Positions 48,039 to 61,420 of a DNA stretch of 64,000 nucleotides are shown one piece after another. The stretch is from Bugula neritina (taxonomy: Eukaryota > Animalia > Bryozoa). The stretch is from contig OZ037765.1 in the NCBI GenBank assembly GCA_964035545.1, forward strand, positions 14,456,698-14,520,697, given 5' to 3'. The stretch's first letter is position 1, and every line of letters starts with the position of its first letter. Under the pieces are notes generated by a model. The model saw only the letters and a list, made by a program, of their open reading frames with translations. It was not told where the DNA came from and did not search any database. The position numbers and the translations under genes are program-made.

Positions 48039-49836
48039 CGAATTTTCAACCATTTCGTTTCTTTGCTCCTTTAGTATTTTCATAAAATATTTAATGAAAA
48101 ATGAAAACGCTAATGTCATTAGTAAATAATGGTTGGCTTGAAGCTCAAACCTAATATTATATAAAAAATAACTCAAAAGAAAGGGGCTAATTCAAGATCA
48201 CCTGCTATCTAAAGACAGGTGGTGGAATGTTGATGTGTTCACCATGCACTTCTTAAACTCTTTTTCTGAATAGTCATCCTTTAGCTCGCTCTGCTTACAA
48301 TAGTCTTGATAAGTAGTTGGTGGAAACATCTAAAATATGTTCTCATTTTCTATTTGGTGGTAAATAGATTTTGCAAGGTAGAAACCATATGAGCCTTATT
48401 CAGCATAATAGTGTGATATTTAGCATGACAAATTAAAACAGTGAATACAAATGTAATCATTGTGAACAGGAAAGAGAAATACAAAGACATATTTTGGTGC
48501 AGTACTAGAGAAATTTCAACCCTACTGCGGTCTTCTAACTGAGACAACCAGAGAAATTTCAACACTTTAAAATCTTCAATTTTTTATGAACTTTACATTG
48601 AAAATCTTGCGAGCACATGACCTTTTTGCAATTTATTGTATAACAGACTTATCCAAATTTCTCCATTACTGCACTTATACCTCCAAATTTAATAAAAACT
48701 GAAAATAATAACTTTAGTCAATAAAATAAATTGAAAATTGTGCATCATCAATATAATTACCAGTTGGCCCTGCAGAGCAAACAAAAGAGTTTTTCGGTTA
48801 GTTTTGAATCACAAATGAGTATAATCAACATATTATTCAGCCCCCACATATTATACTATATTGTAACGTATTTATAGTCTATGGAATGTTTTGTCCCACT
48901 GTGCATCAAAGCCACTCACGCTATCAATTTCAGCGATGAAAGTCAATGCAAATTGGCTTTCGCAGTGACCTTAGTGCATGAAAAGATAGAGTATACTTTT
49001 TTGAAGCTCATACCACTTTATGCTAGGTATTTTATGCAATTTTCACTGTTGCAAAATAGTGGTTGAAAATCGAATTCAAAATTGATTAGTGCAATGAAAA
49101 CGCTTGAATAATCATATGATATAAAATGAGCCAGAAAATGCTAGAACCAGTGAGATAACTATTTTCATTTTGCTAGTGCACTTCTAATCTAACCTTTGAC
49201 TTTAAAGATTTCTGTTATTTCAAATGCCAAAGAAATACTAATTATAAATAGGCTTGGGAGTCCTATGCAATACTCTATTAATGTACTTTACACTGTAACC
49301 ATCTCATGTACTCATATTAAAATGTTGGTGGATTAAAGATGACTTTATTCCAACACTATAGACTATTAGAATTGTGTTTCCAACTACTGGGTTAAGGTCT
49401 AGACAGCAAGGAGAAACACCTTAACATTTGTCGTTGACTTACCCCATTTGTGACAGAAGCGAGCCTGTTGTATGTAGCTCTTTTCAAATTTCGAACAGGT
49501 GCTGTACTTATATCAAAATCTTTAGGTTCAGATTCTCTAGCTTGGTGCCTAAAAAGTTTTCTTTCAAATAAGTTTATCTGATAAAAGTTGCAAAGATATG
49601 ACATACGATTGCAGAGTGTAAGACGCATAACATCCAAGAAGTAAATAACTCAGCTGACAGTAATCATTACCAAAAAATTACATAATTTGACAACATGAAA
49701 CACATGACAAGAGCGTATAAAATGATGTATACCAATTAGAGTTGAGTACCACACGAGAGTAATTCATAGGACCACCTCTCATAGTCAAAGTGCCAGGTCT
49801 CTCATTATAGTCCACCATTCCTAGTGTAGCAGACAT
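47389..49836 (-). CDS. CFAP95: CFAP95 / C9orf135-like ciliary microtubule inner protein; 5 coding exons
   Basis: Approximate exons: 49733-49836, 49443-49548, 48202-48329, 47807-47954, 47389-47574. Motifs ERPGTLTMR, NYSRVVLNSNWHQARESEPKDFDI, GYGSVLPHHHPD..TTYNYDY and KKCHSQFTD..RRPGRNTWQDESGVYGN match my recollection of C9orf135. Confidence 0.85.
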
Positions 49837-50176
49837 CCTAAATTTAAAAACCAACAAAACCCAGTAACATCGCTCTTGTTTTGAATAATATATTAGGCTA
49901 TAACAGTTTAAGATGTTTACAGGTCATCTGCTATTCAGCTTCCTTATAGCATTAGAATCCTAAGTTTGATGGGAAATTTTACCTACTTGATTTTTAAGTA
50001 CAAGTATGTACATACTCAATGTCCATAAAAGCATTTTTATTGTAGCTTCTAATGCAAAAGTAAATCTCAAGGTTTAAGTACGTCTTTCAAAGTTAAACAG
50101 TAAATATTCCATTAACATAATATATATTTTATGGGTACTAGCTTGACTTGTAATGCTGACTCAAACAAGAATAGCA

Positions 50177-50797
50177 AAACGATTGTCAAAACATCTACCA
50201 GAAGGGAGGATGCAGGACAGAGGTGAAAGTGCGCATTGGCAGAGCCAGGGATAAATGGAGGCAGCTTACTAGAATTTTGTGTGACCAGATTGTTACAAAG
50301 AAACTCAAAGTCTTCATTTACAAGACAATAATAAGACCGGTGCTATTATACGGAGCGGAAACATGGCCAGCGACTGATTACCTTACGGGGAGAGTAAGCG
50401 TATGCGAGATGAGAATGCTACACTACTGCCTAGGAATTACTCTTGAAGAACACAAGACCAACGAAAGCATAAGGCAAGAAACGAAAGTAATTAATGTGTT
50501 AGAACTGATGAAAAGAATAAGGCTACAGTAGTTTGGACATATATCCAGAATAAAGAAAGAAGATGATATCAGAAGAGTGCATGAGATGAAAGTTGCAGGA
50601 AAGAGAAACCAGAAACGCCCAAAGCATATATGGCATGATACTATCAGAAAAGACCTCCAATCCTGGTTCCTCAATGAAGAGGACGCTCAGGACAGGGCTA
50701 GGTGGAGAAGCCTAATTGAGCTAGGCATCCGGCAGTCACCCGCTACCCGAACAGGACAAAGCGGAGATAGGTAGGTGAGAATAGGTGTGAAAAAAAT
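50177..50797 (+). mobile_element. 5'-truncated RTE-clade LINE 3' fragment
   Basis: KTIIRPVLLYGAETW, EMRMLHYCLGIT, RIRLQ*FGHI, DAQDRARWRSLI. Candidate TSD GAATAGCA at 50169-50176 and 50798-50805. Confidence 0.85.
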
Positions 50798-52608
50798 GAA
50801 TAGCATGTAACTGGGAAGCGTCTATCTGGGATGACACTGTATAAGCTGCTAAAAAACTAATGAGTTGCTTATCATCAATACCAGACACTCCTACTCCTAG
50901 CAATTAATCTCTACAACATATAAATAAATACAATAATAATTTGCTCTGCTGTTGTACAACTACCAACCCATTTCATTAGATAATTTGCAAGTTAGTTTTG
51001 TCCTAAATAATCAAAAAAGTAGAAAGTACAGACATAATTTTGTCAATGTTACTGCTAGAATTTATCCTCTTCATTTTTATTTTGAGAGAACAAAAGAAAA
51101 CTTCAATTTAAAAAAAAAGATAATTGTAAATTTATATTAATGTCCCTAATATTGATATTAACATCAACATTTACTATGTGATAAATTTAGTTTTATCATT
51201 ATGAGCATTTATTTTACAAAAATAATTATATCAATATTATTAATATATCAATATCAATATGAATATCATTATCAATTATATGGTACTGCTCTAGAAATTT
51301 TAAACATTCAAATTAAAATTGTTAGAACATGACCACTCGAATTTTTTGCTATGTGACGAAGTAATGACAAAAAATAACTTTCATACCTAGTACATAAATG
51401 ATAACCAACAATGTTGAAGAAAACAGTGGGCAAGAACGATATTTAAAGAAGATAAAGTGTGTGCAATGTTAGGTTAAGAAGATGTTTATAATAGTGCTGG
51501 CTAATTCTTCTTGTTTCTATAACAACTGCAAATTAAAGCTTCTTTTATCAAAGAGCAGTTCTTATCTAACTTTTAAACGCTAATATAAAGTAAAATATAG
51601 GTTATTTTACGAATTCACCAGCGCGCGTAACGAAACTCGCGTAGAACAATTTAAAAAGAAGACAACTCTTTACTTAAGTAAGCTTTCAAGGTTATGTACG
51701 CTTGCATAATATGTAACAATAATAAAATGTTAGAGCAATACAATGATGCTGTTAAATTAATTATGTAGCGATTTTCAGAGTGCTATGTAACTGTTTTGAC
51801 ATACTGTGTACAATGTTAGTCAGTTAGCCTTGAGATTTGATAAAATAAAGTGTAGTGACAGTATAAGAAGATGGCAGCTAGTACGTGACTGTGCATCAGA
51901 ACAACATCTGAAGGCCTTTAAAAACTGTTAGAAGTATGTTTAAAAATATTTCAGTTGTTTGGTACACTCTATTATGTATTTTTTATTTTATGAAATTGTT
52001 TTCTTGCTGAATGCTGTGTTACATAAGCAAAAGCTCCAATTTTTACTTAATAACACCTTTGGATATGATGAATAAATAGTAGGTACTTATAGTGGCTGCT
52101 GCACATATGGCTCATATTATTCCACCCACATACACGCAATCCTAAATCTTCTAAAGAAATTTTTTTTCTATGCTTAATATGTTCACTTCTTCGATGTCTA
52201 TAAACAAAAAATTCTTAAGTTTTTCTATAAATTTAAACTAAAAACCAGTTGGTTAGATTACTGGTCTAGCGTAGAACTGTTTTTATTAAGTTGTTGCTTA
52301 TAAATTTCACATTGTAAGCTTTTCATTATAGTATACATGTCATAATATTGTAATGGATTTTAATAGTTGCCATCATTATGTTCTTAAAGTTATAGTAATT
52401 ATATTGTTGTAATTTGCACAATTACTAAGCGTGGATTCTGCTTAGGTATTCAGTACTTGTTCCTAACTAGCAATTACTAGGGTAGTAGCCGGATAATAGT
52501 CTTTATTATTCACAATAAACACAATACAAAACATTACACTAATTCACAATACCACAATAGCCATTTAATACGTGTGTTCACTCTGGGTCCTCGCCCACAA
52601 CAACATAA

Positions 52609-52883
52609 TGTAGTAATTTGTGTAACTACTATGCGTGGGTTCCTAGCTTGTAATTATAGTCTATTTATCCACATCAATAAAGTATTTAAGTAAGAGTTTA
52701 CAAAGTTTATTCGCTACTAATTATATAGAAAGATACAACACATACACAGATTAGAAATTACATCTTCGCTTAGTTAGTACGCTCTCTCTACTGACAAACT
52801 ACTACTCGCTGAGGGTTATCACGTGACGCACTCCGATAGGCTGAAGGGGTTTGAGGGGACGTTCGTATTACGTCCTCACTACA
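52609..52883. mobile_element. Solo LTR C (275 bp) with ATAA TSD
   Basis: ATAA|TGTAGT ... ACTACA|ATAA. Confidence 0.78.
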
Positions 52884-53188
52884 ATAATAACTACTAGCAA
52901 ACGCTGGAACTGTCACTTGATCGGAAGTTCATTTTCCGGCCCTTCTCATTGGATAATATAATGTGGCCTTTAGTATTGTAGTAGTTTCGTGGGTTATAGA
53001 ATGAAATCAGGCAGAGAACATAACTCCTTGTTATAGAAGAGACAAGAGAGAGAGGTTGCCGTGTGCTTGCAGTACTTTGTTGTAGTAGAGAGAAGTATCC
53101 AGTGTGAGCTCCAGTCCGCAAGTGGCTGAAGCTCTAAAATGCGTGTCCTTTTATACCAGTGGAACAAAGGACTTCTAGAACCTTCTAC

Positions 53189-53410
53189 CGACAGTGGGCC
53201 GATGTTCGACAGTGGGCCGATGTTCGACAGTGGGCCGATGTTCGACAGTGGGCCGATGTTCGACAGTGGGCCGATGTTCGACAGTGGGCCGATGTTCGAC
53301 AGTGGGCCGATGTTCGACAGTGGGCCGATGTTCGACAGTGGGCCGATGTTCGACAGTGGGCCGATGTTCGGCAGAGGATACCGACATTCGACAGTGGGCC
53401 GATGTTCGGC
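53189..53410. repeat. 18-bp tandem array (~10 perfect copies plus variants) in the U3-like part of LTR B
   Basis: Unit CGACAGTGGGCCGATGTT. Confidence 0.95.
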
Positions 53411-55002
53411 AGAGGATACCGACATTCGTCATGTCGGTAACCGACACTGGAAATATCGGTAACCGACATTCGGTCTGCCTGCATCCACCTGCCGAAATTG
53501 GTCCAACTGTCGGTTTAGATGAATCAGCAAAAATGAACCCAACCAAGTGTATGCGTATTGTAACTTATAATTGGGGAAAGGGGATTAACTGTTTACTATG
53601 CCAAAGGCTTAATAATAGCCATAGTATTTAAGGTATTAGAAAGTTACGCCACAGACTTAGCTATAACTACAGTATTTAGAAAAATAGCCATAAGTAATGT
53701 GTCAAGGGGGATAATTCTTATTATTTACCACAGTATTCCCCCAAGGGAGAGGAGATGATTCCATATTATTATACTACGTAACCCATTACAATATCTCGTC
53801 ATTATTATTATGGACTTGGCGTAACGTTTTAGATGCTGTTAAATGTTGTAGTTATAGCTAAGCCTAGCTTTCTAATGCCTTAAGTATCGTAATCATAGCT
53901 AAGCTCTCAGCGTAGTGAATAGCTCAATGATTGTGAATTGCCCTTCCTATTTTATTGTTTGTTTATAAAATACTGTAACAGTTTTTGTTGAGTTGTATTC
54001 CCCCCACTTGTTTTGTTATAATCTTTGATAAGTTGTGTGAACCGAAGTTCGGCTGAAATCGGAGCCCGGAAACGCTATTTCGAACAGATTTGTCCGATTT
54101 CAGCAACCGGCACTCCGAATTTCGGACACCCAAAGTGGCCGGAAATTTTGTTGGTATATAAGTGGGAGAGTTTCCAGTGCTAAGTCAGTCAAACACTGGA
54201 GCTCAACCAAGACGCATCTATAGAAGAATAAAGGCACTTATATCAAGAGTATTCAAGAAGGCTTTTATTTGATCAACATAGTATAAGGCATGCAGACTGC
54301 TTAGTATATTTCATAATAACCCACAAGTTTATTATGTTATCTTTTTCAGTATTGTGGGTTTAGGGTGCAATCAAGTTACTTTATAGCACGTAATCTAAAT
54401 CAACTCCGCAAGTGTGGTTAAGGTTACAATAATATATTTATACAGTAATACACAATACAACTACATCTATAAAACACATTAACAACTACTCAGCACAGTG
54501 TTTACAGTTTGCCAGTCTACTCCTAACTAACTGTTACCCTGGAAGTCACAGTTCCTAATTATAGTTCATGATTCCTATTGGCGAATTGCTGTCTCGGGTC
54601 ATCTTCGTAATACACTTAGTGACCCCGTGCTGCACTTAGAAGGGAATTAACATTTCCTCCTTCTCCGTTATGATCGTAGCTCCTCGAGCCACCACACCGC
54701 CCCCACCAGCAGAAAGCCCACTTTCTGATAAAAAAATACACTCCCTCGTACAGTACAGAATATTATAAAAGCAGTTACATAATATAGGACATATATACAT
54801 AAATGGCGACAAAAACATAATCATTACAACAAGAACAAGGTACACACAATTTATCAGCTATAGAAAGAAAAGTAGTGCTAACTATAGTGGTAGCCAAGGA
54901 AGAGGAAGTAACAGGCATTTGCATGATCATAATGTTGTACATTGGGATTTCCCAGGAAGGGCGAAATTCACAGATATGTCCCGGGGACAAGGACTATTGT
55001 CA

Positions 55003-56048
55003 TTATTTAAAGAGCCGATGCTTAGTCTGGCGGGCACACAGTCTCCGTTTTATTCTTCCCACCGAATTCTTAAGCTGGTACATCCCAGTCGTTGTGTTTA
55101 ACAAGTCTGGGGCTAGTTGCGTGAAGTCGGCCTGTAACCGAAGGGGTTGCTCCTCTATTCTGGCCAGATGGGTTGGGCGGTCCGGTGGTGGAGTCATAGC
55201 CTTCCGGCGGGGGAATTCTAACTCTTCTTCCATCTCCGCGGAGGTTGGTTCATCAGAAGTGGGTAGGATTTCGAGCTTGTCTGCTATCATGGAAGACTGC
55301 TGTCGGGCATACTTTAGTACATGCTGGAATTCCAAGGTCTGGAGGGCTAGCACCAATGCCTTCCTTACTAGGAGCCGGATGGGCGTTAGAAATTCTGGAT
55401 ACATGTCGGCATCCACAACATAGTTCTCCCTGGGATAGCATCCAGCAGCTCTATGTTTAATGATCGGGCATGGGTAGACATCGTGATGTCCGCATGGGCA
55501 GAAGGTCAATAGAAAGTGCGCATCTACATGCGTCTTAGGGAGCGGTGAAACGGCCTATCCTTATAGCAGATTTGACATCGGGTACTCCTCTTCGGTCCCC
55601 ACGCAGCCTCTATTTTCTTCTCTGTTGCTGGTGACATCCACCGCCAACAGCGGCACAGTGGTCTTGGTAGTCTGCCATTTGCTTCTTCCTCTATGGGTGA
55701 GGTGGAAGGCGGTCGGTCCCTTACCCTGGTGGTAGCGGGTTGAGTGTAACCTGAAAGAGTTCAACAGTGTTAGTAGCATACACTGAAGTGTTGCTGGCAT
55801 TAGACAGCCTGACAGGTTCTCATTCAGTTAAACACTTGAGAGATTTATGTTGGTGATTAGTTGGAAGGGAACACACACTGCAGTGGAAAATTGTTAAATC
55901 TCTAAGTCAATCTGTGTTCCTACCACTGTATTTCACTAGTCTATCTCTAGCTCAATTGACTCAGTCGTGTCGGAGTTGAGTGATGCAATCTAGTTTCCAT
56001 ACCAAAAGAACGTAGTTACTCACCCCATGATCCGGTATCGTATGACAT
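55003..56048 (-). CDS. E2 accessory gene ORF3, predicted spliced (56024-56048 + 55003-55750): double zinc finger plus coiled coil, ~257 aa, one 1-nt frameshift near 55530
   Basis: Micro-exon MSYDTGSW(G)|GTGAGT. Acceptor TACTAAC..AACTCTTTCAG|GT joins in frame. Fingers CQICYKDRPFHRSLRR/HVDAH and CPCGHHDVYPCPIIKHRAAGC. C-terminus LARIEEQPLRLQADFTQLAPDLLNTTTGMYQLKNSVGRIKRRL. Confidence 0.7.
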
Positions 56049-56073
56049 ACTGAATATTTGAAAATGGTTTGTA

Positions 56074-59000
56074 CTAATGACTAGTGGCACGTCTGCTCTT
56101 AACTGCATAAGCGTAAGAAAAGATCGAGCAACGTGGTTGGGGTGTGTGACTATGACTTTGCACACCCGGCGGATGAATTTTATTTCTAGTTTCGCCAATG
56201 TAAAAGTTGATATTTCCGTGGAGCTCACAACTCCCACAATTGCCCGATAGTTTTCCCGTACAGTTCCCCTCTAGACTTTCATACGTGCCGCTTTGAACGC
56301 GGTCACATACGAAATCTTTCAAATTCGCTGGGGGTTGTCTTGTACGCTGTCCTCGTTCCAGGGGAGGTGGAGCACTCACTGGTGGACTATCAAGTTGTAC
56401 TGGCAGTGCTTCTGGTCCCCTAGTAATCGTTTCCTCTTCATTCTCTCCGGATGGAGCTTCTCCCTCCGTGGGGGTTTGCACTTCCGGATCCGGCTCGGGT
56501 TCTGGAAGTGATGGCGTCAGACCTGGCGTTGGAGGCGGCGGACCCACTTCTGTGGTGGAAGTGGTCGCTCGTCTCTACCAAGTCTTCTTCCCGCGAGATG
56601 ACCACCTCATACTCAGGTCCATACCGCCGCCGACGCGTTGTCGTCTGCCTCCTGGGCTCCAACAACGGGGGCTTCTCCCACTGCGTCTGGGCTAGCCCAA
56701 TACGGCTTCAAGCGAGCCTCATTCTGGATAGACACCTGTCCCGAGCGCTCGATCTTGTAAGTATGGTTGGGCATAGCCTCGACTACCACATAGGGCCACA
56801 CAAACTTAGGCTGTAATTGACCATCCACACTTAATCTCCTATCTGATAGAGGAGTCCTCACGCCGCACCTGCTACTGCTTTTCCCGCATCATTTTGCGTG
56901 CGACCCTCATCCACTCTACCAGTTCACTGGCATACTCGTGAACTGAGCTATCTTGCTCGGGAACATGGTAGGTAAGGTGGTCAGGGACCCGATTCTCCCT
57001 CCCGAGCATCAGGAGGTTTGGGGTCTCGCCAGTGCTGGTGTGTGGTGTGCTGCAGTATGCGCGCATGACCTGCGGCAATACCGTATCCCATTCCTCCTGA
57101 CTATGCCCGAGGAGTAGACTCCGGAGCGCATCACACAGCATCCTGTTGTTGCGTTCTACCACTCCGTTACCTTGAGGGTGGTAGAGAGTGGTCCTGCTCT
57201 GGTTCACTCCCCAGAGGCGGCAGAGGTCGCTCATCAGTTGAGACTGAAACTGAGCGCCTTGGTTAGAATGTATCTGTTTGGGAAAACCGAAGTAGCAGAA
57301 TACATGTTGATCCATCACCCCGGCCACTGTCGGAGCCGATGCATCTTGGATTGCCAGGGCGTCGGCCTACCTAGTGAAGTGGTCGGTTAATACTAGGATC
57401 CAGCTGTTGCCTCTAGGAGTCAGGACATGGGTCCGACCAGGTCGACAGCTACCACTTGCCACGGCTGTCCAGCATATAACCTTCGGCATTCTGCTTTACC
57501 AGGGAGACGACCATGCTCACTGGCCTGGCAGATCTCACACTGCTTCACTCTGAGTCGAACATCACGCCCCATCTTGGGCCAGTACCACTGGAGTTGCAAT
57601 TTGGAGATCACCCTTTGGACTCCTGCGTGAGCCTGTTTGTGAGTGTCCCAAATCAATTCATGGCGTATGGCAGTGGGACAGACCACCCTCTTCTTCTCAG
57701 GGTGTCTGCTGTTGGCGGCTAGATTAATGGTCAGCAGACCATCTTGCCCGATCCTCAGCGAGTCCCAATGCTGGCAGAACAGCCGGAACTCGGCGCATCC
57801 CTGCCTCAGTTGTTCTTTGCTGGGTCGTCGCCCTTCCTTTTTGGCCTGATACACGTCTGCCACCACCCCGGGCAGGTTTTCTTGAAGCTTTCTCAGCTCT
57901 CGGACGTTATCAGCCAAAACAGAGTTGGTGCGGAGGTTTTGCACAACCTCCGAGTGCTCGTCAACCACCTGCTTGAGTTGACCCTGGTCCCAGTCAAACG
58001 CTGCTCCATGGTGAGCCAGTGTCTCTAACTCAACCCGTGGGAGACCTCCTTCCCTCTTCTCGATGTTGAGACACTGTTTACAACCCCCATCAGGCCGCCG
58101 ACTCAACCCATCCGTATTGCCGTGCCTCCTACCCGGTCGAAGTTCGCTCCGGTAAGAAAACTCGGCTAGGATTTCGAGCCACCGAGCAACCTGACTGGAC
58201 AGTTTTGCTCTTTTGCACAACCAAATCAAAGAGGCATGATCCGTACGCAGCCGGAACTTCCTGCCATATAGATAGGGTCGGAAGTGTTTTACTGACTTGA
58301 TCACTGCCGGCAACTCTTTTTGGGCAGTGCAGTAATTTTGTTTGGTTATGGTTGCGAGAGACTTGCTGTAGTAAGCTAATACTACTTCATGGCTTTCCTG
58401 CACTTGCGACAACACAGCGCCAACATTCTGGTCACTGGCTTCCGTGTCGAGGATGTACTCCAGAGTGGGGTCTGGGTAGGCCAAGACGGGTGCCGTCAGT
58501 AGGCAACCCTTGAGGCTGTCGAACGCCTGTGGTTTAACCGGGGTCCACTGCCACGCCACTCCCTTTGCAGTGAGCCAGTTTAACAGCTGTGCTATCCCCG
58601 CAAAATCTGGTATGTATTGCCTGTAATACCCTACCAGACCCAGGAAAACCCAGAATCCGGTCAAATCCTGGGGGGTGACCCAGTCTTCTATAGCCTGTAC
58701 CTTCTCAGGATTCGTTACCACGCCGTTTCGACCGACCACGTGCCCCAGGTACTTAACCTTCGGCTGCAACAGAGCGCACTTGGAAGGCTTCAGTTTCAAA
58801 CCAGCACCTCTGAGTCTTTCGAAAACCTCCCTCAGACGACTGACGTGTGTCTTGAAGTCTGGGGAGATCACGATGACGTCATCGAGGTAGATCAGCAGTG
58901 TCTTCCAGTGAAGTCCACTCACGACATGTTCCATCAGCTTCTGGAAGGTGGCCGGGGCGGAGGTCAACCCAAATGGCAGCACGTTCCACTTCCACAGTTC

Positions 59001-61420
59001 GTCCCGTGTGATGAACGCCGCCTTCTCCTAGGTGTCGGACTCAGAGGGACCTACCAGTAACTGCTCAACAAGTCTAACGTACTGAAGTACTTGCTGCCGG
59101 CTAGGGCGTCCAAGGATTCATCAATACAAAGTAGAGGGTAGGCGTCCTGTATGGTCACGCTATTGAGCTTGCGTAGTCCACACAGAACCGCCAACTTCCG
59201 TCTTTCTTCCAGACCAAAACGACCGGTGAGCTCCATGCGCTATGGGCTGGCTCTATAAGGCCGCGGTCCAGAAGATCTCGAACTTGTCAGCTGACCTCCT
59301 TTTCTTTCTCCGGCCCCAACCTGCGTGTGGGTTGCCGAATAGGAACTGTCCCTGCAGCCAGCAGCATCTCGTGTCTGACAGCTCGTGTCAGTCCCACGTC
59401 ATGGTCTCCGCTGCTGAACACATCACCATATTCGCATAGCAACTTTGCCACAGCCTGGCGTTCCTTGTTGCTCGCTCAGCGGTCACAGGCCATCTCATAC
59501 AACGCCTGGATGTGTTTTGGGACAGTCCCCCGCCTTTTTGGCAGGCGCTGTTGGGGACCCTCCATCGTCGTCCCCAACGACGGTCTTACGTCTTCTTCTT
59601 GGACAGAGTGGAAACGGCCCAACATAGACCCTGCCGGTAGCTTTACCGGCTCCGTAAAAGGTTGACACACTGCACTAAGATCTCTCCTCGCACAGTCAGT
59701 TAATTTAGGCTGCTGGCGAGTTGGATTCTATCGTGTGCACTTTCCACCACCCCTAGTCCGGAGATCTGGCTACTGTTCACTCTGCAGTGAATAGTAGCCC
59801 GGGAGCGGCCCGGTATTGTACAGTTCCGTACTACCTGCAAGCCTTCCACTAGAGGACGGCCGAACTTGTCGACACAGGCTAGTTCTCGCCCGGACATCAT
59901 CATTGCAGACTTACTGAAGTCGATGTGACATCAGTGCCGTTTCAGAAACGGCATCCCGGGGATAGCATCCTCTTTGAGCTGACTGACGATAAACGTCTCT
60001 TGGATAGCTTGATCTCGGACGCGTCCCGACAGCTCAATTATACCATAGAAGGGAATGCATGACCCGTCTGCCAGGGTGCCATACTCCCTGTCGTATGGTT
60101 CCATCTCGTTCCGGACCCTAGCGCTGAGGGTGTCAAAGAGTTGGCGATTTATGAGGTTCGTGGTGCAGTCCAAATCGAGCAGGAAGGTAACAGCTTTACC
60201 TGCTATCTTGCCGGGTAAGAAATAGCTGTTCCCATGGGGCTGCACCTGTACTCTCTCTTTGTGCCGTACTCTTGCAGGGAGCACCTCTCTCGCTTTAGGT
60301 CGGGGAGTTAGTGGTTTGGGACGGTTATAGGGTGACCTCGGAGGAGGGGGGTAGGTTTCCTGGCGCCTGTACTGGCCCCATTCCAATTCATGGGCCAGTA
60401 GCCCGTCGAATCTATTGTGGAGTGGCATAGAGAAGGTAACAGCGGGGCGGAACCCCTTACCTGTCCGTCGTGTCTTCTGCCACTCCTGATTGTTAGCACG
60501 TGATACCCGTCTGGGTGACCTATGTTTCTTAATCCCTGGGGGACTCATCGCCGGCCCGCAGGAGGCGGGAACATCTGCGGGCCGCGGTAGTTTAATCCCG
60601 GAGCAAGAAGAGGGCAATATCTACAGAAATGTCCTTGGTTTCCACATTCCCAGCAAAAACTGACTGCCTCCCCCGGTGGCAACGCTAGCGGCCGTGGAGG
60701 CTCGCAGGCGGTACCTACTGGAGTTTTGTGTGTCAGTGCCGTCACCAGTTTAGCCAACATGTCGGTCAATTGGGCGACCTTCGATGCGGCTGTTAACTGT
60801 CCCACGGCAGCGGCCGCGGGGCCTTTGTCTCTAGATCAGCTGGAGCGACTGTGGATTCTACTTCCACCTGGTGGGAAACCCCCGCGGTTCCTATGCATCT
60901 GGTTTGCCAGAAAATAGGCTTCCCCTTCTGCGAGGGCGCCTTCGACTGTGGTAACTCCCCTAGCTAGAAATTGATGGTGGAGTCCTAAGTCGTTGACAAA
61001 TTGTACAAAGGCATCAAAAGTATACCGTTCACGGTTAGCTTGAGGCAGATCGCTGTATGCAATCTGTGCTAGCTTCATCACCATGGCGGCATGTTCTTGT
61101 AGCGGGGTGTGAGGATCACGCTGCAGCCTTTGTAGTCGGGCGCGGGCGTCTATGGCGGAGATGCCAAAACGGGCCCGCAGAGAAGCAAAGATACTGTCGA
61201 TGTCCGGTCCTAACCCATAGGGCTTGGCCTTATCTATCAACGACATTCTAAGCTTCAGCAGGGCCACCCTAAGTGGCCATTGGGTGATGTCCATCACATC
61301 ACTAAACTCCTATATGAATTGTTCCACTTCTTCTTCACCCGTGAAAGTTGGTGCCTTTAACCGGTATCGATCCTCATTCAGCTCCCTCGGAGCTCTTCGC
61401 TCTTCTACTACAGGATTCAC
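56074..61420 (-). pseudogene. E2 gag-pol with stops and frameshifts; gag start approximate
   Basis: Same domain order as E1. Fragments include 57420-58982, 56872-57327, 59931-60617 and 60836-61297. Confidence 0.92.

Larger units (their letters stand above)
52405..53790 (-). mobile_element. Solo LTR B with ATAT TSD; contains an 18-bp array and nested LTR C
   Basis: ATAT|TGTTGTAAT ... CCCATTACA|ATAT. TATAAAAGG on the minus strand at ~53147-53155. Confidence 0.75.

Noticed and set aside
52994-53631. Repeat ORFs in several frames
   Set aside because: Artefacts of the 18-bp array inside a solo LTR.
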